The notes: generated by a model not told the origin, from the sequence alone. Counted from the first letter of the stretch, positions 1 through 12,760 are shown. The stretch is 64,000 nt of DNA from Octopus sinensis (GCF_006345805.1 NC_043000.1:156798001-156862000); one strand, 5' to 3'. Numbers and translations: made by a program.

Positions 1-51
1 CTTGAGAAAATGTGACACATTCTACCAGTATACGAGGTTTAAAAGTGTTTA

Positions 52-466
52 CTCTTTACTCTTTTACTCTTTTACTTGTTTCAGTCATTTGACTGCGGCC
101 ATGCTGGAGCACCACCTTTAGTCGAGCAAATCGACCCCGGGACTTATTCTTTGTAAGCCCAGTACTTATTCTATCGGTCTCTTTTGCCGAAACGCTAAGT
201 GACGTGGACGTAAACACACCCAGCATCGGTTGTCAAGCAATGCTAGGGGAACAAACACAGACACACAAACACACACACACATACATACATATATATATAT
301 ACATATATACGACAGGCTTCTTTCGGTTTCCGTCTACCAAATCCACTCACAAGGCATTGGTCGGCCCGGGGCTATAGCAGAAGACACTTGCCCAAGATGC
401 CACGCAGTGGGACTGAACCCGGAACCATGTGGTTGGTTAGCAAGCTACTTACCACACAGCCACTCC
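52..466 (-). mobile_element. tRNA-derived SINE, family A (CORE-like), near full length
   Basis: Minus strand reads GGAGTGGCTGTGTGG (A box), GGTTCAGTCCC (B box), CATCTTGGGCAAGTGTCTT, an internal (TA)/(TG) tract and the tail CCAGCATGGCCGCAGTCAAATGACTGAAACAAGTAAAAGAG. TGTTTA is duplicated at 46-51 and 467-472. Confidence 0.9.
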
Positions 467-1051
467 TGTTTAGTTACAAAAAACTATTTTTTAAATTTGC
501 CGGTCAAAGTGAAAAGATCCGAGTTCTGAGTTCAAACTGTATCGAAGTTAACTATGCACCACCACGCCCCACTCCATTTAGAGTCGATAGAATAAAGCAC
601 TAGTCAAGTACTGAGGCGGATGTATCGACATACCCCCTCCCCTCAAAATTACTGGTCTCGAATCGAGATTCGGAAGAACTATTGGATTCTGTCAATTTGA
701 AAAACCGGGAGTTGGGTATTATATTCATTCGGAAATTGCGTTTACGAAAACATTTAAAACACGAATTTGCCATCGCAGCAGTATTTGATGGTGTCTAGCG
801 AATTAAGTCCTTAATCCGATTCCGATGTTCGACTTATGCCGTTCCACTCAGCTGAATATCTCTGTAAATAAGTTGCAAGCTTGCAGTAAAGCTGTTGTTG
901 TAGAGTACGATAAGAAATTAAAACAAAAGGACAAATCTAGGAAAACACAACCACAAAAACCACCACCACCACAACAACAACAATTAGAACAAGAAAATAC
1001 ACAATTGTGAACTTTCTTTAATTCCTATCCTTCAGAATGATGATATTATAG

Positions 1052-1820
1052 GAATGACAAGACTGCAAGCTGGCAGGAACTTTAGCACGCCAGGCGAAAT
1101 GCTTAGTAGTATTTCGTCTGCCGCTACGTTCTGAGTTCAAATTCCGCTGAGGTCGACTCTGCCTTTCATCTTTTCGGGGTCGATTAAACAAGTACCAGTT
1201 ACGCACTGGGGTCGATATAATCGACTTAATCCGTTTGTCTGTCTTTGTTTGTCCCCTCTGTGTGTAGCCCCTTGTGGGTAGTAAAGAAATAGATATTTCA
1301 CCCGTTGGTATGTTCTGAGTTCAAATTCCGCTGAGGACTTTGCCTTTCATCTTTTCGGGGTCGATTAAACAAATACCAGTTACGAACTGGGGTCGATATA
1401 ATCGACTTAATCCGTTTGTCTGTCCTTGTTTGTCCCCTCTGTGTTTAGCCTCTAATGGGTAGTAAAGAAATAGATATTTCACCCGTTGGTATGTTCTGAG
1501 TTCAAATTCCGCTGAGGACTTTGCCTTTCATCTTTTCGGGGTCGATTAAATAAGTACCAGTTACGCACTTGGGTCGATATAATCGACTTAATCCGTTTGT
1601 CTGTCCTTGTTTGTCCTCGCTGTGTTTAGCCCCATGTGGGTAGTAAAGAAATAGGTATTTCGTTTGTCTTTATGTTCTGAGCTCAAATTCCACCGAGGTC
1701 GACTTTGCCATTCATCCTTTCGGGTGGATAACTTAAGTACCAGTTGCGCACTGGGGTCGATCTAATTGATTAGCCCCCCCCCCAAAAAAAATTTCGGGCC
1801 TTGTGTCTAGAGTAGGAAAG
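1052..1820 (+). mobile_element. tRNA-derived SINE, family B, with three tandem ~182-bp units plus a terminal module
   Basis: Head AGCTGGCAGGAACTTTAGCA and B box GAGTTCAAATTCC. Units start at 1109, 1293 and 1474, terminal module at 1655. TSD GATATTATAG at 1042-1051 and 1821-1830. Confidence 0.9.
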
Positions 1821-1830
1821 GATATTATAG

Positions 1831-1934
1831 ATTGCTTCGGCTATACATATGCTAAAATTGGAACGATACAGCGATTAGCATGGGCCCTGTGCAAAGATGA
1901 CACGCAAATTCGCGAAGCATTCCATATTCTTTTT
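1831..1934 (+). pseudogene. U6: U6 snRNA retropseudogene
   Basis: GCTTCGGC..ACATATGCTAAAATTGGAACGATACAGCGATTAGCATGGGCCCTGTGCAAAGATGACACGCAAATTCGCGAAGCATTCCATATT aligns by eye along U6. The ACAGAGA box is damaged by a substitution and a 3-nt deletion. Confidence 0.92.
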
Positions 1935-1937
1935 ATA

Positions 1938-2313
1938 GGCGTAGGAGTGGTTGTGTGGTAAATACTTGCTTACCAACCATGGTTCCGGGTTCATTCCCAC
2001 TGCATGGCACCTTGGGCAAGTGTCTTCTACTAGAGACTCGGGCCGACCAAAGACTTGTGAGTGGATTTGGTAGACGGATACTGAAAGAAGCCCGTCGTAT
2101 ATATGTATGTTTGTGTATATGTTTGTTTGTTTGTATTTGTCCCCCCCCCCAACATCGCTTGACAACCGATGTTAGTGTGTTTGTATCCCCGTAACTTAGC
2201 GGTTCGGCAAAAGAAACCGATAGAATAAGTACTAGGCTTACAAAAAAAAAATAAGTCCGGTGCTCCAGCATGACCACGGTCAAATGACTGAAGCAAGTAA
2301 AAGAGAGAGAGAG
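1938..2313 (+). mobile_element. SINE family A, near full length
   Basis: GGCGTAGGAGTGGTTGTGTGG head through the CCAGCATGACCACGGTCAAATGACTGAAGCAAGTAAAAGAG tail. Confidence 0.9.
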
Positions 2314-2648
2314 AGTAAAGAGAATGACAGTCGGGTTGTAGGAGTGTTGCTCTATGATGGTTTCTAAACTATTTCTTGTTTATGAGCTTATGACGTAGAA
2401 AGAGAGAGAAGCTGGATTCTTTGTAACAGCCATCTTACTCTACTGATATTCATTTCCATATCAATTACTTCTGCACCAACTGCAGCTATTATTACATCCA
2501 TCTTATATCCTGCTATCGAAGTTGCATTCGAAGTGGGTTTTTTTTTTTTTTTTTGTTATTTTACATTTCTTTCATTTTTAGGTCACGCAGAAAGAAGCAT
2601 TATCTATGTGTATACAGTAGGGAATTCTCCAATCCAACCGTTGCATCA

Positions 2649-2726
<78 letters not shown>

Positions 2727-2858
2727 ACTACTACTACTACTACTGCTACTACTACTACTACTGCTAATGCTACTAATACTAATACTACTACTACTACTGC
2801 TACTACTACTACTACTACTACTACTCTACTACTACTACTACTACTGCTAATGCTACTG

Positions 2859-2892
<34 letters not shown>

Positions 2893-2964
2893 AACTACAA
2901 CAACTATTACTACTGCTGCTGCTGCTACTACTACTACTACTACTACTATACACTATTACTACTA

Positions 2965-3033
<69 letters not shown>

Positions 3034-3116
3034 ACTACTGCTGCTACACTACTACTACTGCAATGCTACTAATACTAACATACTACTACTACTGCTAACT
3101 ACTACTACTACTACTT

Positions 3117-3157
<41 letters not shown>

Positions 3158-3258
3158 GGCTGCTGCTGCTGCTGCTGCTACTACTACTACTACTGCTACT
3201 ACTGCTACTACTACTACTACTGCTAATGCTACTAATACTAATACTACTACTACTACTG

Positions 3259-3302
<44 letters not shown>

Positions 3303-3424
3303 GCTACTACTACTACTACTGCTACTGCTACTGCTACTACTACTACTACTACTACTACTACAACTACAACAACTATTACTACTGCTGCTGCTGCTACTAC
3401 TACTACTACTACTACTACTACTAT

Positions 3425-3488
<64 letters not shown>

Positions 3489-3496
3489 GCTGCTGC
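2649..3496. repeat. (CTA)n/(CTG)n compound trinucleotide microsatellite
   Basis: About 850 bp of CTA units with CTG, CAA and AAT interruptions. Confidence 0.98.
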
Positions 3497-3691
3497 GATT
3501 GAACTACATATCTTGTTGATTCATTCGTGATGGTTTTGAGTCACCAGTTGCTACCATTATTTATTAGTATATGAGTCAGTCACCAATGGGGAAAAGAAAT
3601 AGAAAATATCGGACTCTAAATCAAAAGAAGATTGTCATCCATAACATCAGTAGCTTCATTAATAACAACAGCAACAACAACAAAAAACCCA

Positions 3692-3692
<1 letters not shown>

Positions 3693-3722
<30 letters not shown>

Positions 3723-3761
3723 GTAATAATAATGATGATGATGATGATGATGATGATGATA

Positions 3762-3811
<50 letters not shown>

Positions 3812-3851
3812 AATAATAATAATAATAATGATGATGATGATGATGATGATG

Positions 3852-3893
<42 letters not shown>
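3693..3893. repeat. (AAT)n/(GAT)n microsatellite
   Basis: Alternating AAT and GAT blocks. Confidence 0.97.
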
Positions 3894-3894
<1 letters not shown>

Positions 3895-4499
3895 TAGCAT
3901 TGCTACTGCTGCTGCTGGGCAATATTAATGTGATAAGAGAATGCCATGAATACCTTGAATGTAAGAACAATTGTAATAGCAATCAATAACACCCATAGCC
4001 ATAACAACAGCAACAACAACTGCAAAAAAAAAAAACAACGGCAGCCTCAGTATTGAAATGGGAAGCAGCATCAATTAACATTAGCGTCTTAATTGGGCTA
4101 ATGAAGAAACTTCGATGAGGCGTTTCAATTTGTTAGAAATTCCAGCCAGATGCCTGCAATTTCCGCACCTTATCGCCTTAAAAATGGAAGGCTGTATCGA
4201 GCTATGAAGTTGTCAATGTAGAAAGCGGTAGTATGACCACAGCTGAGCAGTTTTTGCTTGCTCGATCAGAGCCGACCTGATGCTAAACAACAACAACAAC
4301 AGCAGCACCAGCAGCAGCAGTTGTTCAAGAATTTGGACCTGGAGATCTCCATTTCCAGCGACTTCGAGGGCCACCTCCCAGTGGTGTCGGACGTCAACGA
4401 TCAAAGTTTTTTTTTTCCCAAGGTCTGGGGTCTCCCGCCCCTAAGCCTTAGACCATCACCAAATCATCCTTACTCGTCTTGTTGTTTAACAACAACAAC

Positions 4500-4625
4500 A
4501 GCAACCACAGACAAACTGATTAAGTCGATTATATCGACCCCAGTGCGTAACTGGTACTTGTTTAATCGACCCCGAAAAGATAAAAGGCACAGTCGACCTC
4601 GGCGGAATTTGAACTCAGAAGGACA
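4500..4625 (-). mobile_element. SINE family B fragment
   Basis: GATTAAGTCGATTATATCGACCCCAGTGCGTAACTGGTAC...GTCGACCTCGGCGGAATTTGAACTCAGAA. Confidence 0.85.
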
Positions 4626-4699
4626 GGATACAATTTCAACACACATGCATGTATAAGCACACAGATGCACAGATGTGTGTGTGTCTGTGTGTTTGTGTA

Positions 4700-4912
4700 T
4701 GTGTGGTGTATGTGTCCTTGTGTTTATCCCTCACCGCTTGTCAACTGGTGAAGGTTTGCTCATGTCCCCATAACATAGTGGTTCAGCAAAAGAGACCGAT
4801 AGAATAAGTACCAGACTCCAAATATAAGTCCCGGGGTGTTTCATTCGATTAAACCCTTTAAGTGGGTGTCCAAGCATGACTGCAGCCCAATGACTGAATC
4901 AAGTAAAAGATA
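4700..4912 (+). mobile_element. SINE family A, diverged 3' half
   Basis: GCAAAAGAGACCGATAGAATAAGTACC...AAGCATGACTGCAGCCCAATGACTGAATCAAGTAAAAGA. Confidence 0.75.
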
Positions 4913-5190
4913 AATATTTATACACATACATACATACATACATACATACAAAATTGTGTGTGTGTATGTGTGTGAGTGCATTGCATCTTTTATTAGAAAC
5001 TGCATTGCACCTTATAGTAGTGAGATCATGAAATTCATAAGATATTTGTTTATTCCTTCGTCAACCCGACTCCTTAACACCGCTATGTACTCGACACACA
5101 TTTCGTTTTGAAGCATACGTATATTGATTTCTAAGACCACGTTATTAATATCCCAATGCGAAATATCAACATATATATATATATATATAT

Positions 5191-5298
5191 ATTATTTACA
5201 TTATTTACATATGACGGATATTTGTCCTCCTCTTGTTTGATTTTAACAACAAACAAGATGAGGACAAATATCCGTCAAATGTAAATAACGTAAATAAT
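5191..5298. repeat. Short foldback with 49-bp arms
   Basis: 5191-5239 is the reverse complement of 5250-5298 at 46/49 positions. It abuts a (TA)n tract. Confidence 0.9.
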
Positions 5299-5465
5299 GT
5301 ACATAGTTCCTCATCTATCAAATATAGAACCATCAATATATATATATATACATAGATATATATTAATATTTCGCTTACAGCAATGTAGCAACACGTGTGC
5401 TGTTGATGATTTCTTTTTCTTCTTTATACTTTTCCTTTTCTCCTTTCACCGAGAAGCTAATACAT

Positions 5466-6000
5466 CTGAGAGGAGACAGTAAACGTTTCATATTCTCTGC
5501 GAGTCAATATTGATTTAGTCTTTCTGTTCATTATTCATGTCAGATGATTTATGATATGATATTCCTCAGCCAAACATAAATTGCAATGTTTTGAACATTT
5601 GCTGAAAATAGTGGCTTTGTCTAAGAGAAATCATGCGATGTTAATAGACTTGTATTTGTCTTTCTTATGTGAGATGCACTTTCAAAAATCTTTGCAAGTG
5701 GGTATTCAACGCTTTGGTATTTTACACAAAAAATAGCAACATGCTGATCACAAAGCATTCATCGAATTACAATTGACACTATCCAACAACAGCGTTATAT
5801 GTATATGCAAAGATTTTGAAAGTGCATCTCACCTAAAAAAGATATATACAAGTTTTGGTTTCTCTTAGACGAAGCCACTCTTTTCAGCAAATGTTAAAAT
5901 CATTGCAATTTATGTTTAGCTGAGGAATATCATATCATAAATCACGACTAAAGTAATATTGGCTCGGTGAAAATATGAAACGTTCACTGTCTCCTCTCAG
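5466..6000. mobile_element. Foldback/MITE-like element with ~230-bp imperfect inverted arms
   Basis: CTGAGAGGAGACAGTAAACGTTTCATATT... at the left end and ...AATATGAAACGTTCACTGTCTCCTCTCAG at the right end. Complementarity extends inward to about 5700 and 5800. No TSD found. Confidence 0.75.
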
Positions 6001-6208
6001 GACAACAGACAATTTAACAGTGGGGATTAAACAATACGTGGAAGTCCTTCATTTCGTTTTTGATTAGCACTCTGAGGAAAATCATGTCCGAATTCAAGGA
6101 AACTAGCAGCAAGCCGTGGTATGGAAATAATTACAGGCAGTAAATATGTGTATTTATGCACCTATAAATGCATATATCCATACATACATACATACATACA
6201 TACATACA

Positions 6209-6239
<31 letters not shown>

Positions 6240-6259
6240 GTATATATATATATATATAT

Positions 6260-6689
<430 letters not shown>

Positions 6690-6820
6690 GTATGTATGCG
6701 CGTGTATGTATGCATGACTGTATATATGCACACGTACCTTGACGTGTTGCACCATTGTAGCATATTAAAGATTATCCTTAAGCTTCCTCCTGTCAACTAA
6801 CCAATGTCACAGGTTTCAAT

Positions 6821-6872
<52 letters not shown>

Positions 6873-7394
6873 CACACTCTCTCTCTCTCTCCCCCCTTTC
6901 TCTCTCTCTTTCTCTATTCTGTTTTACATTTAATAATGAAGTTAACCCTTTACTTGTCCAAAGCATTTTCATAAGTATGCCCTAAACCGCCATGCGTATT
7001 TTCCAACTTGTAGTTAGCCCTCGTTCATATATTCTGAGTAATATAAGCTTCTTTTTCATAAGTCCCAGGTTTCTCTGGTTGTTGAAAAATGTTGACAGTA
7101 TGTATCATATACGATGCATAGATGTCAGGGAAATGTATCCCGTGTATACATACTAATACACAGGAAAAGCAATGGGTTAACTGCCATCTCTTTCTAAATG
7201 TAATCTTAAGCTTATGACTCCACGCAGCACACCGCATTCGGCTTTCATATTCACAGATTTTCGTTTTTTAAATGCAATCTTAATACATACAGAACGTCAC
7301 ACTTCCTTTATACTAACCTCGAAAGCATCCTGAGCGAAAAATATGAAAAAAATTTGTCTCATTTAACAACACCGAAAACACATATATACTATGC

Positions 7395-7595
7395 CAGTGG
7401 TTTTCAACCAGGGTTCCGCCAGTACAGTCCTGGGGTTCCGCAAGAAGTTACAAAACTGCTAAAATCGGCAGTAATTTTTAAGTCTCCTGTGCAGATATGT
7501 GTGCATAAGACTATTAAATTATTGCACAGGGGTTCCTCGAGCCAGTGGAATGTTTCCTTGGGGTTCCGCTCCAGCAAAAAGTTTGAAAAGCACTG
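7395..7595. mobile_element. hAT-type MITE (201 bp)
   Basis: TIRs CAGTGGTTTTCAA and TTGAAAAGCACTG. Perfect 8-bp TSD TACTATGC at 7387-7394 and 7596-7603. Confidence 0.9.
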
Positions 7596-7984
7596 TACTA
7601 TGCAATAAAATGTACAGTTGTCACTCACTGTTCTGCAAAATATTAATCTTATTACCCATTGCATTCTATATTTAATTAATTTTGTCTGAACTAAACATTT
7701 GGATAATAATTGTTCTCGTCACTAATTGAAACTAATTAATTAAAATGGCTTCATCAAATATGTTAACATCCACTTTACTATTAGCTGTATGCTATAATAA
7801 GCATGAACTTGCAGACAGCTAATTAAACATCACCTTAAAAAGTGATCCACTCTATTATATTCAATTACATCTAATGGAATCCAAGAGGTAAACTTAAGAT
7901 TAGAAATAACAGCCAAACCTATCGTAGAGAGTATACTACTGCCATGAAAAATAATAAATAAATAATAATAATAATAATAATAAT

Positions 7985-8161
7985 AATCCTTTCTAACATA
8001 GGCACAAGGCCTGAAATTTGGCGGGAGGAGAATAGTCGATTACATCGACCAAAGTACTCAACTGGCACTTATTTTATCGACCCCAAGAGGATGAAAGCAA
8101 AGTTGACCCCGGCAACATTTGAACTCCCGACTTGCTAACGATTCTGCCAGTTCACTGAATT

Positions 8162-8212
<51 letters not shown>

Positions 8213-8800
8213 AATAATAATAATAATAATTCTTTCTTCTGGAAGCACAAGGTCTCAGTAATTAACTGGTACTTATTTAATCGACCCCGAAAAGATGAAA
8301 GGCAAATTGATCTCGGCGGAATTCGAACTCAAAACGTAGAGGCATACGAAATACTTATTTCTTTACAACCCACAAGGCGATAAACACAGAGAGGACAAAC
8401 AAGGACAGACACACGGATTAAGTCGATTACATCGACCCCATTGCGTAACTGGTACTTATTCAATCGACAAAGGCAAAGTCGACCTCGGTGGAATTTGAAC
8501 TCAGAACATAGAGGCAGACGAAATACGACTACGCATTTCGCCCGGCGTGCTAACGTTTCTGCCAGCTCACCTAATTAATAATAATAATAATCTTTTCTAC
8601 TCTAAGCACAAGGCCCTAAATTTTGGGGGAGGGGCCAATCGATTAGATCAATCCCAGTACGCAGCTGGTACTTAATTTATCGTCCCCGAAAGGATGAAAG
8701 GTAGAGTCGACCTCTGCGGAATTTGAACCCAGAACATAAAGACAGACGAAATACAGATAATCATTTTGCCCGGCGTGCTAACGATTCTGCCAGCTCGCCA
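7985..8800 (-). mobile_element. Cluster of about four SINE family B copies/fragments separated by (AAT)n/(AAC)n tails
   Basis: Repeated ATCGACCCCGAAAGGATGAAAGG...GAATTTGAACTC motifs near 8080, 8280, 8460 and 8680. Heads GCTAACG(T/A)TTCTGCCAG near 8135, 8550 and 8775. Confidence 0.85.
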
Positions 8801-9235
8801 AACACATTTAATTATGTTAATACATTTTATACAGTGTCTATTAAAATAGACGGGATAGTCACGATTGCAATGCCCTTACTTATACGTCTGTTCATTCATA
8901 GTTGACCTCACAAGAACAACAACAACTATTACTACTGCTGCTGCTGTTGCTGCTGCTCACGGTAACCGACCACACATATAACATATTTTAAAGGTTGAAT
9001 TGTAAAGATTGGTATTTTCTTTTGCAGGTCAAAAAAATAACATTGGCGGCTGACCCGAAAGGAAACCAAAATTCATCTTGCACTGGAATGCTGTTCATAT
9101 CTTTAAGATGAGCTTTTCATTACGTAAACGTTTGAACGTGGATTGCATAAAACTTCCGCTCGCCCTACACTTGTTTATATATTGCAATGCTAATGCATTT
9201 TTTTAATAGTGTGTCTATGTTGGTGTATGTGTGTG

Positions 9236-9279
<44 letters not shown>

Positions 9280-9281
<2 letters not shown>

Positions 9282-9445
9282 CGCAGGAGTGGCAGTGTAG
9301 TAAGTAGTTTGCTAACCAACCACATGGTTCAGGGTTCAGTCCCATTGCGTGGCACCTTGGGCAAGAGTCTTCTACTATAGCCCTGGGCCGACCAATGCCT
9401 TGTGAGTGGATTTGGTAGACGGAAACTGAATGAAGCCCGTCGTAT
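9280..9445 (+). mobile_element. SINE family A, 5' half
   Basis: GGCGCAGGAGTGGCAGTGTAG...GCACCTTGGGCAAGAGTCTT...GAAGCCCGTCGTATA. Confidence 0.88.
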
Positions 9446-9589
9446 ATATGTATATATATATATATATATATGATTGCGTATGCATATACGTTTATATGTA
9501 CAAACACGCACACACACACACATATACACGCACAGAAATATGTGAGTGTATGTGTGTGTGTATCTCTGTATGTGTGTGTGTGTGTATAC

Positions 9590-9720
9590 ATCACATGGCT
9601 CAGTGGTTAGAATGTCGGGCTCGCAGTTACAAAGTAGTGAGTTCGATTCCTGGATCGGGCTGTGAGTTGTGTTCTTGAGTAAGATACTTTATTTCATGTT
9701 GTTCCAGTTCACTCAGCTTA
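9590..9720 (+). mobile_element. tRNA/CORE-type SINE head (family C-like)
   Basis: TGGCTCAGTGGTTAG (A box), GAGTTCGATTCC (B box), TGTGTTCTTGAGTAAGATACTTTATTTC...CCAGTTCACTCAGCT. Confidence 0.75.
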
Positions 9721-9849
9721 CATACATGTGCATATACATATATATATACATACACACACATATACATACATATATCTACATAACAGGCCACTAATTATTC
9801 TACTCTAGCTGTGTAAACTGGGTATGGGGTTATGATATCTACTAAGTAT

Positions 9850-10090
9850 ATTTCCTATTTAGTATTGGGGAGGTTTCATTTATGAGGACGTACTCCTGTA
9901 TTTGTCTGAGTGTTGCGTCCTTTGGGTGCTTGGATAAAATGCAGAGGTCAAGTTGACCCAGGTTGCCTCCATGTTTATCCTTGGTATGTATGGAGGATTT
10001 TTGTTGTTGTTGTCATATTGTCCCCAATGTTCATTTAGTCGTTCCGCAATGCTCCTATGTGTCTCCCCTATGTATGTCATTATACGTAAT
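9850..10090 (-). mobile_element. Penelope-like GIY-YIG endonuclease fragment (frameshifted)
   Basis: YIGETHRSIAERLNEH, then in another frame NLGQLDLCILSKHPKDATLRQIQEYVLINETSPILNRK, matching the R..E..I....P.LN end of GIY-YIG domains. Confidence 0.75.
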
Positions 10091-10667
10091 GATACCAGTG
10101 GTACCTCCCCTAGATATAGAAACTAAAACTGGAATAGGATACAAAGAACTTGTGACAAAGCAAGCAGTGAGAACACGTTGTATAAAACCGACAAATATCA
10201 AGGTGAGTTCCAGATTATCTTTGCATTTTCGGCTGGTTATACTCGAGATTGCTCCAATCTGGCCAGCCCCAAGGAAAAACTAAACTAAGACCATTAGATT
10301 CCTTAGAAGAAAGCAGCGAATGTATACGAAAACGAGGACGGCAAAAACAGAGAAATGTTACACAAATACAAATGCAAATAACAGGACATAACAACAGGTG
10401 TTTTTCGACTAAAGACGAATTAAATTAAACTGGCGTATGTGGTAGTAAAGCCTTATGTCAGGGACATAAGATTTAACAGGCACAGGGAGGAATATAGATG
10501 TTGCATGGATGGTAGTCGAACCAAGAAAGAAAGGTCAGGCCTTTCTTTATACGTATTACTACAAATCGCAGTAATACGTATATTACTGCGATTTGCATGT
10601 TAGTTTCACGTGCTCGTTGTTCCGTTCATCGTATCAGCTGGGATTTTCGCCATGTTCCTATACATAC

Positions 10668-10731
<64 letters not shown>

Positions 10732-10737
10732 ATATAC

Positions 10738-10940
10738 CGGAGTAAACACATAAATGTGAAACAAGGTGGAAAAAAGAGTACTCAAATACCAGTGGTAGAG
10801 TAATATGCTTTATTCAAAAGCATCAGAAAATTCAACAAAATCTGTTACTCTGAGTTTCACGTTCCCGTCCTACGAACGGGAACGTGAAACTCAGAGTAAC
10901 AGGTTCCTTGAATTTTCTGCTGCTTTTGAATAAAGTATAT
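10738..10940. mobile_element. Foldback with 27-bp perfect inner arms and 33-bp outer arms; probable PLE terminal-repeat remnant
   Basis: 10842-10868 pairs perfectly with 10876-10902. 10803-10835 pairs with 10908-10940 at 31/33. Confidence 0.7.
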
Positions 10941-10942
10941 AT

Positions 10943-11007
<65 letters not shown>

Positions 11008-11926
11008 TTATGCACAATTTCTGACGACTATTTTCCACATCCCAGTCCTTGGCCTATAGGCGCGCTGTCTTCTCTCCGTGTTTTATCGATCGTTACTTTA
11101 GGGGCTGCTCTTATCCCTTCTCTATTTTGACTCTCCTTATCCCTTTGTCTCTTCATGTCTCGTCACTCCTTGTATCCAAACGCCCAATCTTCGCACTAAC
11201 TATAATGTCCTATCCTTTCTTCTCTAAAACGTCAGGTCTACGAAAATTTCTCCATTACTATAGTTTTATCCTGCAGTTTAAACCTGTCATTAGCGACATC
11301 ATGCTCAGTGGTCTCAAAGGCCATAAAATGTTATGGGCACTGTCCCTTCCTCTCAGACTCGGCAGATTAAAATTTAAAAAAACAACAAGAAAACAAAAAC
11401 AAAACGAAGTCGATTCGAAGCTTTCATAACAAACAACACACTTGTTTAGCGTGCTACGCAGCAGGAGCGAACAACAAAACGTATAACAGGCGAAATTCTC
11501 AAGCACAGAAAGAACTATGCCAGCGCCTTCTATTTTAATAAGTAGTAGGATGCATTTTGAAGTGGGATTCGCCTACTATTTCTAGCACTTTAGACAGCCA
11601 CATAGAGAAAGACACAGTTGTTCATTCGTGACATCCATTTATCACTGTGGTGTGTTCGTTTTAAAACTACGCAGTTTCTTTCTGCGTCTTAGCTATTTCG
11701 ACACATCACGTAAGCAGCGAAGATCTCGGTTGCAATACGATTTAATTGTTTCTAACTTTAGACCCGTTTTCCTGTCGTCGACGATTAACCGCTCACAGAT
11801 AGATACATATTGCACATTACACATATACACGTGGATAGAAAGATGTAAATACACGTACACACTGAGACACACACATATACATATGTATATACATACAAAT
11901 ACATATACACTGTGTGTGTAGCATTT

Positions 11927-12073
<147 letters not shown>

Positions 12074-12574
12074 AATGCATATGTGTGTATGTATGCTGAT
12101 ATATATATATATATATACATATATATATACATATGTATATGTGTATGGTGTATGCATGTATATACGTACTTACTCAAACACGCACACACAGACACATATC
12201 CTTGCGCATAATAAATTATTTGGTCGTCCAAACATGCCCTAGCAAGCAGTCATACACTCGCGCGCGTGCACACACACACACGCACACACGCACACACGTA
12301 CGCACATGGCCGTATACACACAGATACACACCCAATTACACATTGGTAAACAGTGTGGCATGCACACATTACATATTATACGTAATACACGTATTATAAG
12401 ACGCATGCACACACGTTCTCGCACAAAACACCTTCTTCCATTAACACATAACAGTGGCAGATAAACACGCACGCACAGGTAAGAAAGCTGATAACACATA
12501 TACAAACATGCGATGTCTTGCACCAAGTAACAAACACACCCTTGAGTCTGTCGCCGTCAGAAACACAGTAAACC

Positions 12575-12760
12575 TATTTCTTTATTACCCACAAGGGGCT
12601 AAACATAGAAGGGACAAACAAGGACAGACAAACGGATTAAGTCGATTACATCGACCCCAGTGCGTAATTGGTACTTAATTTATCGACCCCGAAAGGATGA
12701 AAGGTAAAGTCGACCTCGGCGGAATTTGAACTCACAACGTAACGGCAGACGAAATACAGC
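12575..12760 (-). mobile_element. SINE family B, single unit, head truncated
   Basis: TATTTCTTTATTACCCACAAGGGGCTAAAC...GAATTTGAACTCACAACGTAACGGCAGACGAAATAC. Confidence 0.88.
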
